Shown: piece after piece, positions 8,928 to 19,420 of the stretch | Numbering within the stretch: the stretch's first letter is position 1 | Layout of the letters: every line of letters begins with the position of its first letter | IMG/VR virus record: IMGVR_UViG_3300032257_000479 | Coordinates: 105,506-169,505 of that record | DNA: 64,000 nucleotides | From: a virus | Direction: 5' to 3' (one strand) | Translations under genes and position numbers: made by a program | Notes under the pieces: generated by a model | Database searches by the model: none | What the model was told of the DNA's origin: nothing | What the model saw: the letters and a program-made list of their open reading frames with translations, nothing else

Positions 8928-10930
8928 CTGTAAATAACCTCTCGAAAAATTCTATACGGGAAATTTGTCAACTGATCCTTCTGTCTTAATCTAAAGTAAT
9001 AATACTTACCTCTACTAAGTTGCTCTCCATCTCTGCTTTCATATTTTATTCTCAATCCCGCGAAATTGGATGTTACCCCATTTGAACTCATTGCTTCAAA
9101 ATTGTTTTTCGATTTCTCAAAAAACCAATTTTGATCATCGTTAAAAGTATCAAAACTGTATATTATTTCATTAAAGTCTTGATCAGCGGATACATCTAAC
9201 TCAAAATGATAAAAAGCAAATGTTCCCTGCTCATGCTCTAAATCAAATGTAAATTCCCATGTTCCTTCTTCATACAAAAACTCTTCAGATATTGTTTCTT
9301 TTACATCCTCATTAATAATAGCGTCTACCGTTATTTCAGGTATTACAGTATTCGTTCTCTCTAAATAGTCATTTATTCTTGGATAGAATGAGCTATAGTT
9401 TGTTTGGTTTCTTATTACAGCTAAGTTGAACATAGCGTTAGCCAAGTTAACATAATCATTTTTCCAATCTGGTTCTTCAAATATTTTTCCGAGACGATTA
9501 AAGACAACAGCCAAATCAAGAGAGACATCAGGATCATCGCCTGAAACGATTAAGTCTCTTGCCTGTTTTAGTATCACGTTTTTTCTGAAAATATTAATGC
9601 AAGATTTCGCAAAACACTCATTTATATTTGACCAAGCCTGGTCTTGAGGAATTAGTTCCCTTCCATCAAAAACTAAAGGGAAAACAAATCTGCTTAATGG
9701 GTCCCCAAAACAAGAAATTGGAGTATTCAATCTAGGCTGAGAGAACATAAAAGCTTCCCCCATCGTTGCCCCTCTGAATAGTGCCTGAAAAAACGGTTCT
9801 GGTCTAATGAAGTTTTCTACGCCAGGGTCTGACATCGATCCTGCTGTTGCAATATAACCTTGTCTTATTGCTAACACAGGCCATGCTCTTGAATCTATAT
9901 CTCGAATACTGCTCGCTCCATCAAAATCAGCATTGTAGAAAAATCCCCTAATGTTTGCTGATGAATCAAAAAAGCTTAATGATCCTCTGTCTGCTCCCCA
10001 TCCCCAAAAGAATGAATCATTCTGAACTTTTGATATCAAAGCATCTTTATACGGATCAACTCGAACTGTTTCTTTTACATTTAAACCGACATCGTTGAGC
10101 AGGCCATTTCTAAATTCAAGCAACTCTGATTCATAATCAATAGCCTGACTTCCTTGGTAAGCGGAATACGCATCAAAGAAAAAGTCCCCGTTTATTAATA
10201 GCTGACTATTTGCTAGTTCAATATTATCAAACCATGTGCTTGTTATTGACGCTAATGGAGAATCTATTCTAGTGACTATGAAAGAAAAATCTGAATCAGC
10301 TCTATCAAACCTTTTGAATACTTTTCTGTCATAAAGAGGATTCTCTAAATATTTTTCGTCTGAATCAAATGTAAAAAACATTCTAGATAATCTTGATGTA
10401 GAAGATATGACATCATCACCATCATCAAAACCGCCAGGAACTTTTGGCATTAAGACAATCGCATAAATTGTTCTATCTAACAATACAGAAGACGATGAGC
10501 TAATGGCTTCAATTATAGGGTTCTCTACTTCAGTCTCAAATTCAGAATAACTATCGAGTATCTCCCTGGCTGAACATGGAATTGGAACTAACTGATCATC
10601 AGATAAACTGTGCATTGACTTATATCTATTTGCAGCATCTTCTGATTCGCTGTCTGCGTCTCTATATACAACTATGACATTCTGCGGCCCAATAGAGCCA
10701 ATGTTAACAGTTGTATCAGATGACTGATACGTTATAGATATAGGGTCTGATGGATCAGATTCGTTTCCTCCAACATCAACACTTGTTATCTGATAGAAAT
10801 AAGTGTTGCCTGGAACGGCGGTAGTATCTTCAAATGCTGTCGTTTCAGATGACGACAAAAAGACATACGTTCCGCCAAATGAATCGGATCGATATACATT
10901 ATAATGAGAAAAATCTGATGGGCCTGCCAT
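8924..10930 (-). CDS. fibronectin type III + TIGR03790-like domain protein
   Basis: N-terminal Fn3 (YNVYRS...FED.T...G.TYFY.ITSVD..GNES). Then NVIVVY.....S...A..Y, VTRID, G...TAG...DP, G.TMGEA and FGDPL, as in the TIGR03790 family. Confidence 0.7.
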   Translation of the reverse strand: MAGPSDFSHYNVYRSDSFGGTYVFLSSSETTAFEDTTAVPGNTYFYQITSVDVGGNESDPSDPISITYQSSDTTVNIGSIGPQNVIVVYRDADSESEDAANRYKSMHSLSDDQLVPIPCSAREILDSYSEFETEVENPIIEAISSSSSVLLDRTIYAIVLMPKVPGGFDDGDDVISSTSRLSRMFFTFDSDEKYLENPLYDRKVFKRFDRADSDFSFIVTRIDSPLASITSTWFDNIELANSQLLINGDFFFDAYSAYQGSQAIDYESELLEFRNGLLNDVGLNVKETVRVDPYKDALISKVQNDSFFWGWGADRGSLSFFDSSANIRGFFYNADFDGASSIRDIDSRAWPVLAIRQGYIATAGSMSDPGVENFIRPEPFFQALFRGATMGEAFMFSQPRLNTPISCFGDPLSRFVFPLVFDGRELIPQDQAWSNINECFAKSCINIFRKNVILKQARDLIVSGDDPDVSLDLAVVFNRLGKIFEEPDWKNDYVNLANAMFNLAVIRNQTNYSSFYPRINDYLERTNTVIPEITVDAIINEDVKETISEEFLYEEGTWEFTFDLEHEQGTFAFYHFELDVSADQDFNEIIYSFDTFNDDQNWFFEKSKNNFEAMSSNGVTSNFAGLRIKYESRDGEQLSRGKYYYFRLRQKDQLTNFPYRIFREVIYR

Positions 10931-11013
10931 TTATACCAACGTTTGTAATTATACTATTAAGATAATAGAATATACATCAGTAATCGGCAAAAATCCTTGA
11001 TTAACTGCAGATA

Positions 11014-11469
11014 TTATGAACCTGTTGAACCAAAGCCTCCGTCGCCTCGTTCTGAGTTAGTCAATTTATCTACTTCAATAAAATTAGCTCTTATCGTTTT
11101 CCGAACAACCAACTGAGCGATTCTATCGCCTTTTGAATATGCCACTGGATGAGCCATAGCCGGAGAAGCTGACTTGAATCTTACTACAACCTCTCCCCTG
11201 TATCCTTCATCTACTAATCCAATACTATTCGCTAAAAACACGTTAGTTTTTGTTACGCTTGATCTTGGAAACAATTCTGTGTGGTATCCTTCGTCAGGCT
11301 GTATTGCTATGCCAGTTCTATATTGAATATATAAAACATTGCCAAACTCATCCTTTTTAACTGTCCCATCATCAATTGCAACCATATCCCATCCTGCATC
11401 CGTTCCGGTTGCTCTAACAGGTATGACTGCATTTTCGTGCAATTTTAAAACTCTTACATTCATGCTCAT
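11014..11469 (-). CDS. dut: trimeric dUTPase
   Basis: Motifs AGWD, PRSS, GLVDEGYRGE, GDRIAQL and RGDGGFGSTG. Confidence 0.96.
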   Translation of the reverse strand: MSMNVRVLKLHENAVIPVRATGTDAGWDMVAIDDGTVKKDEFGNVLYIQYRTGIAIQPDEGYHTELFPRSSVTKTNVFLANSIGLVDEGYRGEVVVRFKSASPAMAHPVAYSKGDRIAQLVVRKTIRANFIEVDKLTNSERGDGGFGSTGS

Positions 11470-11484
11470 TTTACTACTTCTTTC

Positions 11485-13995
11485 TTAGTTACAAAAACTT
11501 GTTCCATCTTCGAGGCATTTTACGCAACCCTCTGAGAATACATAAGTCTTCTCGTCATCGCCAAATCCTGTTGCCTCTGCCCCATCAACAATAAATTTCT
11601 TTAAAACTCTTGCTACAACTTTTCCGAATCCCATCATATCTCCAGGAACGCTTTGCAATGACAATACTGCATACTTAACATCAACGCCATGCCTCAACGA
11701 AAGAGAAAGCAATCGAGTTATAGATGCTTCTTCGTCTGTTATGTGCTCGCCAAGGTTCTCAACTATATCACCATTATCCATATGAGCCCTATAGTGGCCT
11801 CTTTTTACCTTTTCGACAACGCAGTCTTTTGTTGAACCTGCTATAAATCCGTTGTGACCGGCAAAAACTTCATACGGAATATCATCCAGTATTCCAACTA
11901 TAACAAAATAAGGTTGTCCCTTATAGCTTGTGTGGAACACTTTTGCATCCATTTTCTTTTCTCTTTTAGGTGCATCATGAAGTCTTGTCTCTTGCTTCTT
12001 CTCTGTGTCCTTTTTAACAAGAACACCTGTTCTTGACCCATCACGATATACCGTAATGCCTTTACATCCGCTCTTCCATGCTGTAAGATAAATATCCTTA
12101 ACATCATCAATAGTGGCTTCATTTGGTATATTAACAGTGCTTGAAATGGAGTGATCCACATGCTGTTGCGCTGTTGCTTGTATTTTAACTCTCTTTTTCC
12201 AATCCAAATCTGGAGCGCACGAACCCTGCCATGGAGATTTCTCTATATCTGTTTCTCCGGTAATGTCCATCCATGTTTTTAATTTAGGCTTTATTACATC
12301 AAAGTGCATCCAGTGGTCTCCGCTGTCATCAATGGAGTCTGTTCTAAAGTCTTTGTCGCTTGGGTTCCCCTTTACCTTTCTTACATATGGGATAATAGAA
12401 TACTCTGGCTCGATTCCGCCAGACGTTTGAGTCATCATTGATACAGTTCCGGTTGGAGCAGTTGTTAATAACGCAATGTTTCTTCTTCCATATTTTTTCA
12501 TATCTCTATATAGAGATGGATCTTCCTCTTTTATTCTGAGAAGGTATGGATTCTTCTTTTCTAGATCATAATCCCAAATTTCAAAGGCCCCAAGCTCTTT
12601 AGCCATATCAACTGAAGACCTATATGCATTCAACTTAAGGGTTTTATATATATTGTCTGTCATGTTTATGCCTTTTGTTGAATCATACTTGATTCCGCAA
12701 GCAGCAATAGCATCACCAATGCCCGTTATACCTGTCCCTGTCCTTCTTCCTCTTTCGCATGTTCTGTGTATCTTTTTCCAAAGCTCTATTTCAACAGACT
12801 TTGTCTCAGAGTCTTCTGGATCTGATTTGATTTTACTTAAAATGCCATTTATCATCTCAAGCTCAAGGTCAATCATGTCATCCATTAGTCTTTGAGTTAT
12901 TTGAGCATGCTTACCATATAGTTCGTAATCAAAATAGGATTTCTTCTCAAATGGGTTTATAACATATGAATATAGGTTTTGAACCATTAATCGACATGAA
13001 TCATATGCGCTAAGAGGAACTTCTCCACAAGGGTTGCTGGATATTGTTTTATAACCAAGATGGCTATAGCAGTCTGCTGGAGATTCTGATATGATATTGT
13101 CCCAAAAGAAAATACCGGGTTCCGCTACTTTCCATGCATTTTCGCAAATAGCATCCCAAACACTTCTTGCTGAAAGGGTGTCCTTCATTATTGGTTCTTT
13201 TGAATCTACCGGGAATCTTATTTCGTAATCAGCATTATTATCAACAGCAGATAAGAATTCATCTGTAAGCTTGGTTGAAATGTTAGCTCCAGTAAGTTGA
13301 GTTAAATCATTCTTTACTGTAATGAACTCCATAATGTCTGGATGATGAACGCTTGTTGACTCCATCAAAGCTCCACGGCGACCCTCTTGACCAATTTCTC
13401 TTGTGGTTCTTGAAAATCTTTCCGCGAAAGAAATTGATCCTGTTGAGGTTTTTGCTGCATTATGAGTTGGAGTATGCTTTGGTCTAAGAGATTCAATGCT
13501 AACTCCACATCCGCCCCTTCTTTTGAATATCTGAGCAAGCTCCTGATCAGACTTCATTATGCCAGAAATACTATCGCTAGGAGAATCAATAACAAAACAG
13601 TTTGATAAAGTTATATATGTATAAGGGTTTCCAATTCCATACATAGGGCTTCCTTGAGGAACAATGTACTTGAATTGATCAAAGAGATTGAAGATTTTCT
13701 CATATGACATTGGTTCTTTGAACTTCTTCCGTTCGATACGGAAAAACTCAAACGCCATTCTGTGGTGCATTGCTTCTGGGGTACTTTCAGTGTACATACC
13801 GCTTGGCTTGCACAACGCATATTTATCAGCAAAACCCTTCGCAGCGAGATCGTCACCATCGAAGTATTCTAGCGATGCTGCTCGAACTTCATTATATGTA
13901 TACTCTGGTTGTGTATCATAAAAATCTCGGAGTGCTGAAAAATATTTCTCTCCTGTCAACTTTGCCATCTTCATTGGAAACTTTGGTACTAACAA
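11485..13995 (-). CDS. nrdJ: class II (adenosylcobalamin-dependent) ribonucleotide reductase
   Basis: SNCFV, GRRGA, NPCGE, APTGT and KGITVYRDGSR motifs; C-terminal Cys tail; no adjacent nrdB. Confidence 0.9.
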   Translation of the reverse strand: MLVPKFPMKMAKLTGEKYFSALRDFYDTQPEYTYNEVRAASLEYFDGDDLAAKGFADKYALCKPSGMYTESTPEAMHHRMAFEFFRIERKKFKEPMSYEKIFNLFDQFKYIVPQGSPMYGIGNPYTYITLSNCFVIDSPSDSISGIMKSDQELAQIFKRRGGCGVSIESLRPKHTPTHNAAKTSTGSISFAERFSRTTREIGQEGRRGALMESTSVHHPDIMEFITVKNDLTQLTGANISTKLTDEFLSAVDNNADYEIRFPVDSKEPIMKDTLSARSVWDAICENAWKVAEPGIFFWDNIISESPADCYSHLGYKTISSNPCGEVPLSAYDSCRLMVQNLYSYVINPFEKKSYFDYELYGKHAQITQRLMDDMIDLELEMINGILSKIKSDPEDSETKSVEIELWKKIHRTCERGRRTGTGITGIGDAIAACGIKYDSTKGINMTDNIYKTLKLNAYRSSVDMAKELGAFEIWDYDLEKKNPYLLRIKEEDPSLYRDMKKYGRRNIALLTTAPTGTVSMMTQTSGGIEPEYSIIPYVRKVKGNPSDKDFRTDSIDDSGDHWMHFDVIKPKLKTWMDITGETDIEKSPWQGSCAPDLDWKKRVKIQATAQQHVDHSISSTVNIPNEATIDDVKDIYLTAWKSGCKGITVYRDGSRTGVLVKKDTEKKQETRLHDAPKREKKMDAKVFHTSYKGQPYFVIVGILDDIPYEVFAGHNGFIAGSTKDCVVEKVKRGHYRAHMDNGDIVENLGEHITDEEASITRLLSLSLRHGVDVKYAVLSLQSVPGDMMGFGKVVARVLKKFIVDGAEATGFGDDEKTYVFSEGCVKCLEDGTSFCN

Positions 13996-14275
13996 TCTTC
14001 TCTCCTGGTTCTTTCGTAAAAATTACCGCCTCATTAAGACGGTAATGGCATATCGGTTAAAACGATATTTTTCTTGTTTCAAATTTTAAAAAATTACTTG
14101 TCAAACATATCTCGTTAATCTTATTTTTAGCAAATCTCATTCTTCATTCATCCCCAAATAAGTCAACGTAGAAATAAATATTCGACCATCTGCATTTTAA
14201 ACCTTCTCTTGTTCACTGATCATTTTTGACATCTGTTAATTTTTTGAAATCTTCAAGAAATGAGAAGGAGTAAAC

Positions 14276-15664
14276 TTATAGCAAAGCATCATCGTCATCC
14301 GCTATTTTTTGGGCAAAACCAAAAGATTCTCCCTTATCTGACTTTGATTTTGTCTCAATATATGATGACATATTTTTATTTTTTACTTCTTCCCAAGCAT
14401 CTTTAAAATGACTTTCTTTTAAGATCAAGGTTTTCTCGTCCTTTGAAAAGGACTTATCTCTAACTGCATAAATCGCAGATGTTTTACAGAACTCTTTTAC
14501 ATGAGCGCCGGAAAGGTCTTTTAGCGTATTTGTTACTTTCGATAGATTTACCCCAGATATATCCCATTTTTTACAGAAAGATATAATCATGTTCTTTATC
14601 TCTTCTTTTTCTGGGTACCCAATTTCTATGAGTCTATCGAATCTTCCTGGTCTATTGCTTACAGCGTCCTCTAAATCATCTTTTTTGTTTGTTGTGCCAA
14701 TAGTTATAATATCTCCAAATGCTTCAATGCCATCCATCTGGTTCATTAATTCCATGACAAAACCAGCCCTGCCAGCCTCTCTATCCATTGCTATCCAGTC
14801 CATGTCCTCAATTATTAAAATGCATGGAGCCAAATCTTTTGCAATATTAGTGACCGCTCTTACTCCTGCTGTTCCTTTTTGAAAATCTGTAGGCAAAGCA
14901 TATAGAACAGAGCATTCCGCTTCATCAGCTAAAGCTCTGCATATTTGAGTCTTTCCGGTTCCTGGATCTCCGTAAAGAATTATCCCTCTCTGTATTGTTA
15001 TTCCAAACTTTTTCAATGTTTCTGAATTATTGAAAATGTCATTAACTGACTCTTTTATTATCTTCTTTTTATCATCTGATATAATAACATCATCCCACGT
15101 TGTTTTACTAAGATCAAGAATTCTACAGCCAACATCTATTTTTTGGCCTTTATAAAAATTCTTCTCGTCTGCCATTTTTGTCCATTTGGCAAACATTCCA
15201 CTATTTTCTTCCTTGTTGCATTGTATTTCATAATGCATACCGCCTGAATTCCAGTTCTCAGTTATAGTAACAATAACTCTATCTCTTTTTGCGTCTTTGC
15301 AACCTGTTTTTTCAAAGTAGATTACCGCATCTTCGTACCCTTGAAAAGTTTCATCTTTAGCTTTTTGTATTTCTTGTTTTTTTGGAGGTCTGGAGTATAG
15401 TTGTCCATAACTAACCTCTCTTACTAATTTATATTTTTCGCCTTTAAAAAAATCACTCATCACCCATTGAAGTTTGTTGTGCTGGTAATCACTAATAGCT
15501 CCGCAATTATTGCGAAAATAGGTTTCTCTGCTAAAGAACTCTCTCGCCTCATTTTCACTCAAGGAATTCATTTCCACAGTTTTCATTGCATAAGTGAATT
15601 GATCTAAGTTTGATTCCTGAAGAGATATCTTGCTTAGGTCATAGCTATTATTTTCTGAACTCAT
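14276..15664 (-). CDS. AAA+ ATPase (classical AAA clade)
   Basis: GDPGTGKT, IIEDMD, TTN, RPGRFD second region of homology, SGA. Confidence 0.9.
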   Translation of the reverse strand: MSSENNSYDLSKISLQESNLDQFTYAMKTVEMNSLSENEAREFFSRETYFRNNCGAISDYQHNKLQWVMSDFFKGEKYKLVREVSYGQLYSRPPKKQEIQKAKDETFQGYEDAVIYFEKTGCKDAKRDRVIVTITENWNSGGMHYEIQCNKEENSGMFAKWTKMADEKNFYKGQKIDVGCRILDLSKTTWDDVIISDDKKKIIKESVNDIFNNSETLKKFGITIQRGIILYGDPGTGKTQICRALADEAECSVLYALPTDFQKGTAGVRAVTNIAKDLAPCILIIEDMDWIAMDREAGRAGFVMELMNQMDGIEAFGDIITIGTTNKKDDLEDAVSNRPGRFDRLIEIGYPEKEEIKNMIISFCKKWDISGVNLSKVTNTLKDLSGAHVKEFCKTSAIYAVRDKSFSKDEKTLILKESHFKDAWEEVKNKNMSSYIETKSKSDKGESFGFAQKIADDDDALL

Positions 15665-15685
15665 AAATATGTTTCTTTCCGAGAA

Positions 15686-16831
15686 TTATATGTTCTCTTT
15701 TTCTTCTTTTATCTTACTTGTATATGCTTCGAATATATGAGAAGTGTATTCTGAAAGGTGTCCATTATCGCCATGTTGCGATCTTATATGATCTATCGTA
15801 TCACAATGAATAAAGTCTAAAGGAATACACGCCCCTCCTGAACCCTTTCTTCCACCCACACCTTTCTTTCCGAAAACTTTTGTCATAAACTCTTTTGTGT
15901 TAATAGCTAACAATCCACTTCTAAATGAAGCAACAAGTTTTTTCTCTGTCTTCAAACCTTCGTCAACAATAGCCATAACTACTGATGTTTCGATTGATTC
16001 AATTTCCAGTATTTCTTCACATATTTCTGCAACAAGAGATCTTTGTTGAGGTGTAATTATTCCAACATGAGCAACCGCTAAAGTGCTTGTTGTTTGTATT
16101 TGCTTGTAAGCCCTTTTTCTCAAGTCCAACAATGCAGAAGGCTTTGGGTAGTTGAATATTTTCAAATATCTCTCTAGGTCTATTTTTTCTTTAAGCCACC
16201 CGTAAGATGAATGATCATTCTCTGTGGTTCCCTCCGCCTTCAAGTCTGACGTGTCTGTATTTATCCCAAGATAAAGAGCTGTTGCCAATATTCTTCCAAC
16301 CTTAATATCTAACTGGCTTATCATTTCACAAAGAATGGTTGAACACGCTCCATAAGGTCTTCTTAGGTAAGTGCTTGAAGCCTTTACATTTGAATCGTGA
16401 TGATCTATAACCAGGTCTGGCTCTTTATCTTTTTCAACAAAATGCTTTATGCTTGTGCAATTCTCTTTCTTAAAATTAGAAGTATCAACAACAATAATAA
16501 AGCTTTGCTCTATTGCTTCTATTATTGATTCTCTTGACTCTTCTTCATCATCTTTATCTAATTTGTTTAAAGAAATATCAAGAACATTGATCATGATTCT
16601 GTTTTGAGTATGACCAATCTCTCCTCCATAGTATATTGTTGCTGTCTTATCAAAGCTTTCAACAATATATTTAATAGCCATCGCGCTAGCTAAACAATCA
16701 GGGTCTGGCTGGTCGTGGCATATAATTGATACAGAATCTTTTTCCGTATTTTTTATTAAGTCTATATATTTTGAATAATCAAATTCTTTTGATTCTGTTT
16801 TAGTTGACTCTTGAGTCATATCTTTCTCCAA
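15686..16831 (-). CDS. DHH/DHHA1 phosphoesterase (NrnA-like)
   Basis: HDQPDPDC, VDT, IDHH, GI.TDT and a C-terminal GG motif. Confidence 0.88.
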   Translation of the reverse strand: MEKDMTQESTKTESKEFDYSKYIDLIKNTEKDSVSIICHDQPDPDCLASAMAIKYIVESFDKTATIYYGGEIGHTQNRIMINVLDISLNKLDKDDEEESRESIIEAIEQSFIIVVDTSNFKKENCTSIKHFVEKDKEPDLVIDHHDSNVKASSTYLRRPYGACSTILCEMISQLDIKVGRILATALYLGINTDTSDLKAEGTTENDHSSYGWLKEKIDLERYLKIFNYPKPSALLDLRKRAYKQIQTTSTLAVAHVGIITPQQRSLVAEICEEILEIESIETSVVMAIVDEGLKTEKKLVASFRSGLLAINTKEFMTKVFGKKGVGGRKGSGGACIPLDFIHCDTIDHIRSQHGDNGHLSEYTSHIFEAYTSKIKEEKENI

Positions 16832-16905
16832 ACGGCAGCTTCTACTATATATGATTTTCGTCTTTCAAGCACTGGTGCTTAAACCTTGACACTCAATATA
16901 ATTAA

Positions 16906-17589
16906 CTACATTCGTTGTGATTCAGTATCCATCAAACTAGCAACCCGCTGTATCCTAGTTCTTTTACTTATATTTAATTCTTGAACAACGCCCTCTAGAC
17001 CTCTTCTTTCCCATAATTCTGAATCAGAACACGAAATGATATCTATTGGACATTCTTTCTTAATAAACTTATACGCTTTCTTGAAATTTGCTAATGTATG
17101 AGACTTATGTTCTAGATTGTCTCCATAGAAATCTGTTGTTTCTCCATATTGGCCATCCATTCCAAGGAGAACTAAGCACCCAGCGCCCATAGATACGGCC
17201 AGTTGAGCAGCAAGAGCCCCTGTGCAGCCATGACCCCTAAGTCTGTTGGGAGTCACATCGAAGCTATACGCTCCCCTGTCGAGCTTAAATGAATTAAACT
17301 CGCTGTTGTCGTTAACCATATCTCTACACACTTTTATTGATGCCGATTTTCTTATATCTTCGATCCCATCATCCTTATACATTCCCCTATCCTGCCACAT
17401 CAGTATCGTTGGATCAATGAGCTTGAAACATCTATTCATGCCTATAGTAAAACAGCCTTCTATTAATCCTAAATTTTGATCAATCAGTGATGGAGCATTT
17501 CCTATTAAAAAAGCAGGCTCTCCATTGAGAATATTTTTCCACTTCCTTAAATTATACTTTATTTCACTCATGACAACTTGCTTACCCAA
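16906..17589 (-). CDS. DUF115/Maf-like (putative glycosyltransferase-related) protein, paralogue 2
   Basis: AFLIGNAPSL, TIGMNR, LA..MG...LVLLGMD, FYG pattern. Confidence 0.65.
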   Translation of the reverse strand: MGKQVVMSEIKYNLRKWKNILNGEPAFLIGNAPSLIDQNLGLIEGCFTIGMNRCFKLIDPTILMWQDRGMYKDDGIEDIRKSASIKVCRDMVNDNSEFNSFKLDRGAYSFDVTPNRLRGHGCTGALAAQLAVSMGAGCLVLLGMDGQYGETTDFYGDNLEHKSHTLANFKKAYKFIKKECPIDIISCSDSELWERRGLEGVVQELNISKRTRIQRVASLMDTESQRM

Positions 17590-18260
17590 TAAGCCCTATT
17601 GTAACAATGATTAGAACCAAGACTTTCAATTACTTTATTTAAGGGAGCATATTCAAATAAATCATTATCTTTTGAACAATTTATTATCTCTCTATCATCC
17701 ATGTTGTCAAAAGTTTCTTTTATCCATTCTAGTCCACCCCTACAATTATGTAAAGTATGAGCTTTATGGTGTCTGTTTCTTCCATAGAAATCTGTGTTTT
17801 GACCTCTCTTCTTTCCATCCATACCAAGCATTACAATTGGATTGCATCCCAAAATATAAGCCAGTTGAACAGCAAGAGGTCCAGTTGTGCCTGATCCAAA
17901 TAAGTGACCTGGATGCAAAGGTAGATCAAAGGCTCCTGTCTGTAATTTGTAATGAAAGAACCTGTTTTGTGGATCAGCAGTATTCCTGCAGACCTTTAAG
18001 GCGTTTGTCTTCATTATTCGCTTTCTTTCCGTGTACCACAATTCAATGTCTTGCCAAAAAAGAACCGTTGTATCCATTTTATAAAAAGCCCTATTGATCC
18101 CTATCGTAAAATAGGGGTTCAATAGGTCAAGATTTTCGTCTTCAAGCGCGGAAGAGTTCCCCAATATAAAAGCTGGCACACCCTCTAGTTTATTGTGCCA
18201 TGATTTTATGCTTGTTTTATTCTTTACCGCAGAATATCTTATTTTTCTTTTTATAGCCAT
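17568..18260 (-). CDS. DUF115/Maf-like (putative glycosyltransferase-related) protein, paralogue 1
   Basis: AFILGNSSAL, TIGINR, QLAY.LGCNPI.MLGMD; clearly paralogous to the neighbouring gene. Confidence 0.65.
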   Translation of the reverse strand: MAIKRKIRYSAVKNKTSIKSWHNKLEGVPAFILGNSSALEDENLDLLNPYFTIGINRAFYKMDTTVLFWQDIELWYTERKRIMKTNALKVCRNTADPQNRFFHYKLQTGAFDLPLHPGHLFGSGTTGPLAVQLAYILGCNPIVMLGMDGKKRGQNTDFYGRNRHHKAHTLHNCRGGLEWIKETFDNMDDREIINCSKDNDLFEYAPLNKVIESLGSNHCYNRAYWVSKLS

Positions 18261-18270
18261 TTAAAACAAT

Positions 18271-18897
18271 TCAGCCATTGGTCCAGTAATCCTCTGGACT
18301 CCATGCTTCTTTTCCTTTCAGGAATTTGTTCCAAGACTTAGGGTAATCGCTAGTCATAGCTATTCTTGAAAATTTAGAATAGACAGGGCTCCACTTCGGT
18401 TCAACTGGAACAGACAGCAGTTTGACTCCTGATTCAGAAGGAGTTCTGTCTGCTTTTTTTGAATTAACAGCGACTTCGCATATAACAACATTCTCCCAGT
18501 TATGAAGCCCGCCTCTAGACCTAGGAAAAACATGGTCTATAGTAGAGTTTTTTATGGACAACTTTTTTCCTGAATATTGACATCTAAAATTATCTCTAAT
18601 TAAAAGATTTCTTCTATTCAACTTCACCTTCTTGTTCTTGAAATGAAAATGAGATTTCAAAACAAGTATTTCGGGAATGATCATATCGTTTCCATTTGAT
18701 ACATGAATTGACCCCTCTCCCTCTTTGGGGTTCATAGATAACCATGATTCAAAATTATGAAGTCCGTAGTCTTTTGTATTTAAAAAGTAAGCATGTCCAG
18801 AACAAACTTTAACAATAGCCTTTTTGACAGAAAGAGCTGTTGTTGGGTTCCATTGACTATTCAGGACTAATACTGGTTTTGTTAGATTGCTCGTCAT
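18271..18897 (-). CDS. HNH endonuclease (McrA/HNH_5-like)
   Basis: VLVLN, RD...CQY, TIDHVFPRSRGG...WEN.V......N..K..RTP. Confidence 0.9.
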   Translation of the reverse strand: MTSNLTKPVLVLNSQWNPTTALSVKKAIVKVCSGHAYFLNTKDYGLHNFESWLSMNPKEGEGSIHVSNGNDMIIPEILVLKSHFHFKNKKVKLNRRNLLIRDNFRCQYSGKKLSIKNSTIDHVFPRSRGGLHNWENVVICEVAVNSKKADRTPSESGVKLLSVPVEPKWSPVYSKFSRIAMTSDYPKSWNKFLKGKEAWSPEDYWTNG

Positions 18898-19420
18898 TTA
18901 CTTTCTCTCTTTTTGCTTCAAGTGCTTCATGAAAAAGATTAATAAAATGTTCATTAATATCAACTACTGTTATTTTTATTTTAGGGGAATATTCCAACAA
19001 ACATGTTGCCATTCTTTGAGCGACCTGTTTATTGTCCAACTGCCCTATCCCTGTTCCTAGCCCAGGAAATGCTATCGATTCTACGCCTTCGCTGATGGCT
19101 TTATTGCAAGCAGATTTTATGGCTTTAAGTATATCATCTATGGAAGATTGAGTGCCCGGATACTTCATTGTTACAGCATGGTAAACACTTTGTATCCCAA
19201 GATTCTTCATCATTCCTGATTCTGTCGTATATACACTGCCTGCTTCAAATGGACCGCTCAATTGAGCATACATTCTTACTTCCTTTTGAAACTTTTCTCC
19301 GCCTGATCTCGCAATTGCTCCTGCAACACCAGCTCCCATGACACCTATCCCATTAGCTGCGTTAACTATCACTTCAACATCTCTTAGTTTCGTTATATCT
19401 CCAACAAGCGTGCGAATCAT
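18857..19420 (-). CDS. macrodomain (ADP-ribose binding/hydrolase)
   Basis: GDIT, IVNAAN..G.MGAGVAGAI, V.HAV, SIAFPGLGTGIG. Confidence 0.93.
   Translation of the reverse strand: MIRTLVGDITKLRDVEVIVNAANGIGVMGAGVAGAIARSGGEKFQKEVRMYAQLSGPFEAGSVYTTESGMMKNLGIQSVYHAVTMKYPGTQSSIDDILKAIKSACNKAISEGVESIAFPGLGTGIGQLDNKQVAQRMATCLLEYSPKIKITVVDINEHFINLFHEALEAKREKVNDEQSNKTSISPE

Noticed and set aside
14000-14275. Cobalamin riboswitch upstream of nrdJ
   Set aside because: AT-rich, with only one small hairpin and no B12-box motifs.
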